A stretch of DNA of 64,000 bases from Pristiophorus japonicus (lineage: Eukaryota). Location of the stretch: positions 11,160,001-11,224,000 of the forward strand of contig NC_091999.1 in the NCBI RefSeq assembly GCF_044704955.1, given 5' to 3'. The notes below the pieces were generated by a model, which was not told the DNA's origin, did not search any database, and was given only the letters and a program-made list of their open reading frames with translations. Position numbers and translations under genes: made by a program. This document shows, piece after piece, positions 26,600-35,933 of the stretch (position 1 is the first letter of the stretch; each line of letters opens with the position of its first letter).

Positions 26600-27705
26600 C
26601 CCTTTTTAAATCCGTTCTCAGGTTCCCATTCTCATGCCAAGCGAGTTTAAACTCGTCCCAACAGCACTAGCAAAACTCCCCGCGAGGATATTGGTCCCGG
26701 CACTGTTGAGGTGCAAAACTTTCGATTTGTACAAGTCCTATCTCCCCCAGAAGCGGTCCCAATGCCTCAATAAATTAAAGCCCTCAGTCCTACACCAACT
26801 TTCCAGACACGTGTTAATCCTCTCTAATCTTCTCTTCTTGTACTCATGAGCACGTGGCAGCGGTAGTAAACCGGAGATTACTACCTTTGAGGTCCTACCT
26901 TTTTAATTTTTGTCCGAGCTCCCTGATTTCTTCCTTTAGGGCCTCATTCATCATTTTACATATGTCGTTGGTCCTAATAAGGATCACAATCTCTAGCTGT
27001 TTACCATGTCACCCAGGATGCCCGCCATCTGTTCTGTGACATCATTGACCCTCGCACCAGGGAGGTGCAAAACCATTCGGGAGTCACGTCTGCGGCCGCA
27101 GAAACGCCTCTCTGTTCCCCTAACTATAGAATCCCCGAGCACTATCACGCTTTTGTTCTTCGTCCCTCCCAATTGTGTAGCTGAGCCACCCATGGTGCCT
27201 TGGAAGTAGCTCTACTCCCCAGAGGCACCTTCGTCCTTACCGGTACTCAGAAGTGAATATCGGTTTGAAAGCGAGATGAACTCACGGTGGGATTCCTATG
27301 CTACCTGCCTAGCAAATTTACTACATCTGCTATTCACGGACTTCCCCTCTATCTGCACCCCTTTAAGCTGCGGGGTGACCATCTCCTGAAACGTGCTATC
27401 CACGTAGCTCCCAGCCTCGTGGATGCCCCGTATTGACTCCACCCGCTGCTCCAAGTCCGAAATGCGGCAGCGAGTTCCACATTCTGAATCCTCTCTGTGT
27501 AAATAAATTCTTTCTAATGTCTTTATTTGTTCTGTTAGTGACTATCTTATAATTGTGGCCCATTGTTCTCGGCTCAACCATGAAGGAAACAGTTTCTCTA
27601 CGTGCATCCTATCGAACCATTCATAATTGTAATAACCTATTTCAGGTCTGCTCGTTTTCTTTTCTTCTCCAAAGAAAAGAGCTCCCGTCTGTTTAATCTT
27701 TCCAG
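26600..27705 (-). mobile_element. CR1 fragments: ORF1 esterase domain (26600-27465) and an ORF2 end/3' piece (27465-27705)
   Basis: VIVLGDSIVRGTERRFCG..DSRMVLHLPGARVNDV (SGNH-like ORF1) and ..RKNLFTQRGFRMWNSLP. Confidence 0.85.
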
Positions 27706-27904
27706 AGATGTGCTGATTTCTGCTGGTGTCTTTTTTCAGCAGTGTTAGAATTCCAAAGCTGAAAAAAGGGCTGGAGCTCAATCACAGCCCGTCTCTCCAG
27801 TAAATCTCAATCGCCCGGTGTCGGGTTGTGTTTTGAATGGCGCAGAGACCAGTGTCTCTGCACCCTCGCCTGGTCGGTGAAATCAGCTATTTCTCTCCTT
27901 TTCG

Positions 27905-28070
27905 CTGCATGTATCAGACCGGCCACTGGTAATATCGGTCGGGCCGGCCCATGTATTGAACCCACCGCAGCAGATATAGTACCGGCTGCAGCATGTAACG
28001 GACCAGCCGCTGCAGATGGAGCACCGGTCGCTGCTTGTAATGGACGGGCCGCTGCAGGTATTGGACGAGT
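27905..28070. repeat. Degenerate 21-bp tandem repeat (~7 copies)
   Basis: Units such as CCGGCTGCAGCATGTAACGGA / CCAGCCGCTGCAGATGGAGCA / CGGGCCGCTGCAGGTATTGGA. Confidence 0.75.
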
Positions 28071-28592
28071 CACTGAATTCTTGTTTTCCCTCTCCCATTA
28101 CGTCATTCACACTGCCCGACTCTGAGAGCCATCTCCTGCCCAGGAGAAATCTCTGTGCAGCCTCCCCCCACCCCACCCACCACCACAGCTCCCAGGGAAA
28201 GGCTTACCACCCTCATTCACAGAAAACACCAAAAGCGGAGTCCAGTGTGTCGAAAACCTGCGCGCAACATCAGCAACTGCGGATCAGAGAGCGAGAGAAT
28301 CTAGAACATTCCTTGGACATCCTGAGGTTCCCGTTGCACCAACGATGAGGCAGATGGAGGTCAGACCACTGCAGCCTGCCTGCTTCATGGGGGTCTTACA
28401 ACGCTAATCTATGGACCGGAGCCCCACCTCTGTTCATATTCTACTCCTCGAAAACTGCAATTGAAAGGCTCTATTAGGAAACAGCTCTGTTTTACTTCGA
28501 AGGAGATTAAGGTGCTATTGATCACAATCCAAAACTGACAGTGAATATTAACCGGGAAAGTCTGAATTAAGGTGTGCTTTGGAGTCACTTAC

Positions 28593-28647
28593 CGGCTGTG
28601 CCAGTCACCACAGTCCCGGATCCATCCACAGTATCATAATAGACCAC
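28593..28647 (-). CDS. IgNAR-like J segment (NAR-TCR J)
   Basis: VVYYDTVDGSGTVVTGTA-G|gtaagt. The D-G-x-G motif lacks the W/F of conventional J segments, as in IgNAR J. The donor is phase 1. Confidence 0.85.
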
Positions 28648-28686
28648 CACAATGACACCGCTCTCAGTCACCCCAACACAAGAACA
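28648..28686 (+). promoter_or_regulatory. J 23-RSS (CACAATG-23-ACAAGAACA)
   Basis: Heptamer 28648-28654, 23-bp spacer, nonamer 28678-28686. Confidence 0.85.
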
Positions 28687-29000
28687 ACTGACACCTCAAT
28701 CTGCCGGCCACACAACACCAGACTTTAGGCGCTGCCCAATTATTCCAGAGGTCAATAATCAAAATTTGTTTCCCACAGTCCCCGTCGGTTCAATCTATTC
28801 CTTGTGAGATTCTGAGCTCTTCGTAAAATGCCCCAGGAACACGGGCCAGCGATAGACGCTTTATATAAATGGAGAAAATATCAGAGAAAGATAAACGAAA
28901 GCAGGAATTACACGGAAATTAAACCAGATTACAGCGGCAATATGATCAAACCTACAATTCAGGATCCGGGACCGGTGAATTTATGCTTTAATTGTGTATA

Positions 29001-29069
29001 GATTTTTTCTCAGGTCTCTTCCACTGTGCTGTTCCATTGAACAGAGTGTTTCACATCAGCATAAAATCT
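29001..29069 (-). other. NAR-TCR D segment copy 1 (coding 29029-29041, TTCAATGGAACAG) flanked by two 12-RSS
   Basis: J-facing CACAGTG-12-GAAAAAATC. V-facing CAGAGTG-12-ATAAAATCT. Confidence 0.75.
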
Positions 29070-29427
29070 CCCGGTAATCGGTGAGATGTTGGGACATTAG
29101 GTGCACGGTGGGGTCTGCGGTTTCCGGTTCAAGCTGTTAGAACACCAGACTTTAGGCGCTGCCCAATTATTCCAGAGGTCAATAATCAAAATTTGTTTCC
29201 CACAGTCCCCGTCGGTTCAATCTATTCCTTGTGAGATTCTGAGCTCTTCGTAAAATGCCCCAGGAACACGGGCCAGCGATAGACGCTTTATATAAATGGA
29301 GAAAATATCAGAGAAAGATAAACGAAAGCAGGAATTACACGGAAATTAAACCAGATTACAGCGGCAATATGATCAAACCTACAATTCAGGATCCGGGACC
29401 GGTGAATTTATGCTTTAATTGTGTATA

Positions 29428-29496
29428 GATTTTTTCTCAGGTCTCTTCCACTGTGCTGTTCCATTGAACAGAGTGTTTCACATCAGCATAAAATCT
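29428..29496 (-). other. NAR-TCR D segment copy 2 (coding 29456-29468) flanked by two 12-RSS
   Basis: Identical to copy 1, offset by 427 bp. Confidence 0.75.
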
Positions 29497-29808
29497 CCCG
29501 GTAATCGGTGAGATGTTGGGACATTAGGTGCACGGTGGGGTCTGCGGTTTCCGGTTCAAGCTGTTAGAACAGGATCCCATCTGGTATTCTGGACTTGCAA
29601 CTGCGCTCAGTCATTTCCAATCGCCATTCATTGACACCAATCCCGGGAAAGACATTACCGCCTCCACACACTCAGCATTTACAAAACTCAAACTGTTAAC
29701 TGCAGTAATACAATCTGATTATAAACTAGAATATGGGGCAGACAATGCGAGGCGGAACTGCCTGTTTAATCCCTCTTTTCATTGGTTTCTGTCACAATCT
29801 GCACTGAG

Positions 29809-29845
29809 AGTTTTTGTATCGCGGTAAGCCAAGGCCATCACTGTG
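29809..29845 (-). promoter_or_regulatory. V RSS (CACAGTG-21-ACAAAAACT)
   Basis: Perfect heptamer 29839-29845, spacer counted as 21 bp, nonamer 29809-29817. Confidence 0.85.
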
Positions 29846-30325
29846 TTATTTATTTGAACTGAGCTTCACAGTAATAGGTGGCGCTGTCTTCAACTCGCAC
29901 ATCCCTAATTTCCAGCGAAAATATCTTTTCAGCCTCATTCGTCCGCATAAGAAATCGCCTTTCGCTCGAGATCCGCTCCCTCTCTGTCCCGATCTGGGTT
30001 TGTCTGAAGAATTCCCCACGGGTTAAAGGATAAGCTCAAAATCCGCCATAGAAAACGCAGGTGATGGTAAGAGACTGATACTTCTGCCTCGTCATCGGTG
30101 GAGGTGTCTGTACCACTGACTGACTGAAAGAGCCTGGAAATTAAACGGAGAGAGTTTAATGGATCATCTGAGTCGAACCACACATTGGGGCAAAAACGCA
30201 GATAAAGTCTGCAATTCGGATGGACACGGCAGCTTTATTTTAAATCGACACAATGTCGATTTGTTTGAACGGTACTCACGGGGGAAACAGATACACAGGG
30301 TGAAAACAAGCTGGATTCCCATCAT
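29846..30325 (-). pseudogene. IgNAR-like V (NAR-TCR V) pseudogene; leader 30280-30325, V exon 29846-30133
   Basis: MMGIQLVFTLCICFP|RSFSQSVVQTPPPMTRQKYQSLTITCVFYGGF*AYPLTRGEFFRQTQIGTERERISSERRFLMRTNEAEKIFSLEIRDVRVEDSATYYCEAQ. It has no CDR2 (48 residues from the Trp41 position to the second Cys inclusive, as in VNAR). In-frame TGA at 30036-30038. Confidence 0.88.
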
Positions 30326-31324
30326 TGTGCTGCCTATAACGGATGGTTCATATGATGGGGAGCTGGAGACTGTAGCCCTGGACTGCTTTTGGAGATTATA
30401 CCTCAGAGCGGGACTGAAATACTTTAGAGGATGCAGTGATTTGGAGAGGGCAGTATTCCGGTGATCAGTGATGGGCTGCACGGTTCCCAGATGTCTGGCT
30501 GTGAGCTGTGTGAAAAAGCAATAGGATTCACGAGAGAGACCTGCAGTTTTCTGGCGCTTCATTTAGCCTCTGAGCCCGATGTGAAAGCCCGTCACACATT
30601 AGGCTGGTGTACAGGGTCGGAGTTATTCTTTCAGCCCTCCATGGCCTGTTCATTAACTCACTGAATCAACTCCCAGCCTCCTTTCAGCCAGGAGCTGCCG
30701 TGTTGCTGGTCTGAACAGAGTGCAGGTATCCTGAAGAGCGGAGAGAATCTCTGAGTAGTTTAGACAGCGAATCCTGGAATGCCAGGAGGTGGACACCGCT
30801 CATCAAACAAATCAGTGAAAGACGGAGTGAACCAAAGGAAAGGAAAGAGAAACTCTACTGGTCCCCGTGGAAACAGACGTGTAATAAATTTGCCCCCAGA
30901 GTGAAACATGACACGGCAAAATATAAATTTTTAGGGTGAGGAAAACAATTCATTACTCAGACGGAGGAGAGAATTGTGGACTGACTGCATGAATTATGTA
31001 ATAGCGGAATTGATTAAGTGACAGGAAACAGAGATCTTTGAGAACAGCTGTCTATCAGATTGCAGGAGGGCATATATTAATGTTCATCAGGCTCAGTATT
31101 AAGACAACTACTTTTCTTGATGTATATTAATAACTTCTACTTCAGAGTACAAACCATAATTTCAAAATTGGCAGCTGACACAACAGTGAGGAGGACAGCG
31201 ATAGATTTAAGAAGATATAGAAAGGCTGGTGGAATGGTGGACACATGGCAGATGAAATTTCTCGATCCAATTTGACTTCCTGAAGCGACAGAGGACAGAG
31301 CTCCCCTAAAGACAACAAGGGCCA

Positions 31325-31690
31325 GCCGACATGCCTTACCCCAGTCCAAGTGCATGCCTCCCCTACCGAATTACTTAACCCCAGTCCGAGTGCATGCCTT
31401 CCCCAGCCGAAATGCCTTACCCCAGTCCAAGTGCATGCCTTCCCTCGCGGAAGCGCCTTACTCCAGTCCAGGTGCATGCCTTGCCCAGGCGAAGTGCGTT
31501 ACCCCAGTATAATTGCATGCTTTATAGCCGAAGTGCCTCACCTCAGTGCAAATGCATGGTTCTCCAGCCGAAGTGCCTTACCGCAGTACAAGTGCATCCT
31601 TCCGCAGCCGAAGTGCCATTCACCAGTCCAAGTGCATCCTTCCCCCAGCCAAAGTGCTTTACCCAGCGCCAGTGCATCCTCCCCCCCGAC
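31325..31690. repeat. ~40-bp minisatellite (~9 copies)
   Basis: Unit approximately GCCGAAGTGCCTTACCCCAGTCCAAGTGCATGCCTTCCCCA. Confidence 0.85.
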
Positions 31691-31869
31691 CCCACCATAG
31701 ATGGAGCATTGTGTTGGCATTGTTAACAGGTTTATTGGGTATGAAGTGAAAAGTGACAGTGTCGTGACTTGTGGATTTCATGCACTCCAACGATGTCCCT
31801 TGCAGATGGTTGGAATGACGTGATCCGTCTTCCCTGAGTTTTCTTTCTCCCCTCCGACCCCCCTGCACG

Positions 31870-32230
31870 TTTGTCTCTCCCCCCTCACCCCCGCTCCAGT
31901 ATCTCTCTCTCGCTCTCTCCCCCAGTTGCTTTCTCTCCCCCAGACTCTCTCTCTCCCAGTCTCTCACTCTGCCCCAGTCTCTTTCTCTATCTCTCTCTCT
32001 CCCTACCTCTCTCTCCTCAATGTCTCTTACTCTCCCCTCAGCCTCTCTCTCCTTCACCCACCAGTCTCTCTATCACTCTCTCTCCCCCAGCCTCATTCTC
32101 TCACTCTCTCCCAGTATCTCTCTCTGCCCCAGCCTCTCTCTATCTCTCTCTCTCCCAGTCTCTTTCGCATCCCACAGTCTCTCTCTCCCTCTCCTTCCTC
32201 CAGTGTGTCTCTGTCTTCCACCCCCTTTCC
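31870..32230. repeat. CT-rich low-complexity tract
   Basis: Degenerate (CT)n. Similar tracts occur at 36140-36260, 37140-37520, 57270-57520 and 59340-59680. Confidence 0.85.
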
Positions 32231-32499
32231 ACCCCCACTGCTTCTTTGCCCGATGCCGCCGTTCTCGGCAGCCCGTCGCCGCTCGCCGGACCTCTCGTCC
32301 CCCCCGCTGCCACTCTCGGTCGGCCGCCGAGACCAGGTCCGCAATCTCGGGCCTCCGGTGCTGCTACTCCGCACCACGTGGAGGGAATAATTCGGGAGCG
32401 GGTGCATAGCTTGACAGACGCCGCACGTTGAGGAGGGGGGGGGGGGGGGGGGGTGGGGGCTTTACTAACCGAAGTCTGTCATGAAAACTGCAGTACAAA

Positions 32500-33380
32500 T
32501 AGTTAAATCGTTTATAAAGCATCTTTGCTTCTTCCTTGATTTTACTTGCCAGTAAGTTTCAGGCCGTCTCTTTCATTGTTTAATTTCACTCTTGCACTTT
32601 CTATACTCCTCCACGGATTGTGCCGTATTGATCCCTCTATATTCGCCATAAATTTCCCTTTTGTTCCTTTTCTTACTCTGTATGCTCCTTGACATCCAGG
32701 GGGCTCTGGATTTATTTTCCCACCCTTTTTCTTTAAGGGACAATACTTGTTCTGAACTCTCACTATCACTTCCTTGAACGTATCCCACCGCTCTGACACT
32801 GATTTACCTTCAAATATATTTGTCCATTTCACTTTAGCTAAATCACATCTCAGCTCAGATATTTTGGATTTTCTCCAAATGGAAACTTTTATTTCCTGTC
32901 AATCTTTGTCTCATTCCATAACTACCTTAAACCTAACTGATTATACTCACCACCATCAAAATGCTCTTCCACTGATACACCTTCCACCTGTCCAGCTTTA
33001 TTTCCTGAAACTAATTGCAGAACGCAGCCTCTTGTTGGGCTTGCTGCATACTGGCTAAAAAGGGTCGCTTGAATCCAGTTTACGTATTCTGCTCCTTCGA
33101 ACCATCTCACACTAATTCTATCCCAGTTAATATTAGGCTAGTTGAAATTCCCTACTATAACTGCACTATTATTTTTGCAATTCTCAGAAATGTGCCTAAA
33201 TATTTGCTCTTCTATCTCCTTCTGACTGTTTTGCGAGTCTATAGTACACACCCAGCAGTGTGATTGGCCCCCTGTTTTGATCGATTGAGCCAAAATAGCC
33301 TCATTGTTGATCCTTCTAACATATCACCCCTCCTCACCGCTTTCATTGCTCCTTTAATGAATATTACGACACCCCTCCGT
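32500..33380 (-). mobile_element. Old CR1 ORF2 (EN/linker) fragment
   Basis: ..SQYAASPTRGCVLQLV.., ..WDTFKEVIVRVQNKYCP.. and ..RAPWMSRSI.. Confidence 0.75.
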
Positions 33381-34338
33381 TTTTATAAGTGGAAGGAAAT
33401 GCATTTCTGCATTCGTCTGGGCGGCCTCCTACCTTCCCTTGGAAAAATCCGCCTTATTTTTGCGCTTTTTTCTCGATACAACATAAACCACGCAACCTGG
33501 TTTGTGCGCTGTCTGTACTAGTACAGATCGGGGTTACTGGACCTTGTTGTGTAGCTGCAGTCTATTTTCACAATACCCCTTCTGTCACATGGAGCGCGGT
33601 CTAAGGCTGTGGCACCGAACGTGCCTGAATCTCCCCTGAAATAAAAGTTAACTTTGAATACATTACTGAGTTAAAACGTTTACTAACATCACATTAGTGC
33701 AAATCGATACAAGGCATAGTCATATCTACCGAACACTAGCCATAATGTAACGAGTGACGGTACGACATGTGCTCGATGAGATCTTCACCCTAAACCCCTT
33801 GAACCAGCAGTTCTATTTCCCCTTGTTGGAATTTATACTGATAAAGTGAGTAACGCTTCGATAGGAAGGTGCAACAAAAAGTGAGGAAGTACCTAGTGCA
33901 ATGCCCTATTTGGTAATAGGAAGCGAATATTTTAACGAGGTAGCAGCATTTTAAATCCTCCCCTGCTTCAGTTCACTTCCTGCTGAAACCCTCGTCCGTG
34001 TCTTTGGTACCTCTAGACTCGACTATTTCAACTCACTCCGCGCCGTCTTCTCATCTTGCCTCAGGAATCTTGAGCGCGTTGAAATTCGTCAGCTCATGTC
34101 CTAACTCCCTCCAGATCACGTTCACCCATCACACCTGTGCTCACTGACCGACATTAGCTTTCGGTCCGACAACGCCTAGATTGTAAAATTCTCAACCTTG
34201 TTTTCAAGTCGGTCTATGGCCTCGCCTCTCCCTATCTCTGTAATCTCCTCCAGCCTCACAACATTCTGGGATCGACAGATTGCTGCAGGGCTCCTGTTGG
34301 AAATAGAAGCAGATTAAATGCGTTTGAGCCACAATTAC

Positions 34339-34620
34339 CGGTCAGAAATGCCCCACACAACCCAAAGGCTGAGTACCCACAATGTCGCCGTCCACTCTGT
34401 AAAAGGGGTGTTGGTTATTTGAAAAAACCCGTTCTAATCCCCACCCTCAGTTATCTGCTGTCGGAAATCGGGATTCTACCACGTCACTCCCTTGTGTCCC
34501 CAGGATGCCATCAGACTGGTAGGTGGTGAGCTGGCTTTCAAAGAATGGAAATACCCCAAGCTGGGCTACAGCCAGTGTCCTTATAGGGAAATGGTTCCGC
34601 TTTCATAGATCGGGGTGGGA
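34339..34620 (-). pseudogene. Orphan V promoter + decayed leader exon (34339-34382), paralogous to the 13.4-13.7 kb promoter/leader
   Basis: Colinear similarity to 13400-13690, e.g. TAGGTGGTGAGCTGGCT and CAGTGTCCTTATAGGG. ATG is changed to TTG, there is a 2-bp deletion, and the gtaat donor is kept. No V exon was found downstream. Confidence 0.8.
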
Positions 34621-34939
34621 ATTACATCCTTCTATTTAGTGTAACGTGCAAACACGAGGTTGTTAATCGTGACAGAAAATATTGCAGCAGGAGAGACATT
34701 CTGAAGGAGAATTTACATTGGGGTAACTCTGAGCTTTTGGCGTGTTTTAAAGGGCACAATCACTGCATAGTGAATTCTGTTCTTTGTGTATAAACTCTCT
34801 CTGACACAGTAACACACTAATCAAATCAACCTTGTGTACAAGCTGCGATCAAAGGTTGCATGAAAATTACAATGGAGATGTGCAAACAGTTGCACACTAA
34901 TACAGGCAGGCATGGAAAAGTCTTACGGATGAGATATTC

Positions 34940-35245
34940 GATGGAGGCCTCGTCTGCTCTCTCAGGTGGATGTAAAATATCCCATGGCAATATTTGAAGA
35001 TGAGCAGGAGTGTTATTCACGGAGTCCTCACCAATATTTACACGTCAACCTGCATCACTCAATCAGATTATCTTATCATTATCTGCTTGCCTTTTGTGTG
35101 AGCTTGCTGTGCTCTAATTGGCTCTCGCGTTTCCTACATTACAACATTGACTGCGCTGCAAAAAATATGTAATTGGCTGTAAAACGCTTTGAGACATCCG
35201 GGTTCGTGAATGGTGTTATACAAATGAAAGTGTTAGATTTCTTTC
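34940..35245 (+). mobile_element. Deu-domain-type shark SINE fragment
   Basis: CTCTCAGGTGGATGTAAAA..CCCATGGC..GAAGA.GAGCAGG core and the TTTCCTACATTACAACA..GGCTGTAAA 3' part. A second copy lies at 50130-50560. Confidence 0.65.
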
Positions 35246-35417
35246 CGTATAAAAGGGGAGTAAATGCTCCACAGAAACGATTGCGAAAGTTAATTTTATT
35301 ATAAATACGAGGTGAAATCACAAAGTAATATAATTTCACAAGTCGACCGAACCTGTCCTTGTTGAGTGTTTTTTTTTGCTGTCATTCAGGAGGTTGAATT
35401 ATTTCTTATCGGTGCAA

Positions 35418-35432
35418 GAGCGCCCTCTGGAG
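35418..35432 (-). promoter_or_regulatory. CTCF-binding motif downstream of RSS
   Basis: CTCCAGAGGGCGCTC on the minus strand, 25 bp beyond the nonamer. Confidence 0.7.
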
Positions 35433-35497
35433 AACACTAACTGGAACACCTCGTCAGGGTTTTTGTCCGGGATCCACCACATCTCTTCATCAGTGTG

Positions 35498-35933
35498 GGC
35501 TCCATGGGACACAAATACACGGCGGTGTCGGGGATAAAAGCTCCGGTGATCTATAATGGAACAACTTTGTTGTCTCTGAGCAAAACAGCAAAGAACCTGT
35601 CTGTTAAATCTGGAGAGTAATTTCCCATCCCCGAGCTATATCTCCTCAGTAATATCTTGGAGCTTTCCCGGTATACTGCATGTACCAGCAGAGAGTTGGG
35701 CCTTTGTATGTTGTCGAGTAACTACAGTTCATTATTAAGGTCTGCCCTTCCTGTACCATTAGATGAGGCGGATCCAGGGACACTGGATATTTGCCACTCG
35801 TTCCTGTAACAAAATGCAGAATGTGTTAAAAGTGCCGGATTGTATATAACCCATGAAACAAGTACTGACCGTTTAAACATAGACTCGCCGGTAAAACGAG
35901 CATTATTATCAGTAAGGAACAGGGAGAGCACAT
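35498..35933 (-). pseudogene. TCR V pseudogene (52-kb family body, KITEL-family 3' end); leader 35889-35933, V exon 35498-35803
   Basis: TSGKYPVSLDPPHLMVQEGQTLIMNCSYSTTYKGPTLCWYMQY.., then a 1-bp frameshift in FR2, TAG in FR3, and ..DTAVYLCPME. The leader has a GC donor in the wrong phase. RSS CACACTG-24-ACAAAAACC at 35458-35497. Confidence 0.9.

Larger units (their letters stand above)
28714..29567. repeat. Exact 427-bp tandem duplication spanning the D segment
   Basis: 28714-29140 equals 29141-29567 by eye, with AACA microhomology at the junction. Confidence 0.95.

Noticed and set aside
27807-28176. Ala-rich repetitive ORFs
   Set aside because: Explained by the 21-bp tandem repeat. There is no splice or domain support.
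29655-29690. Possible additional D/RSS (CACACAC...ACAAAACTC) between V and D
   Set aside because: The spacer is only ~9 bp and there is no partner RSS on the other side.
30164-30562. 132-aa minus-strand ORF as an independent gene
   Set aside because: It merely reads through the NAR-TCR leader exon (MMGIQLVFTLCICFP) and its intron.
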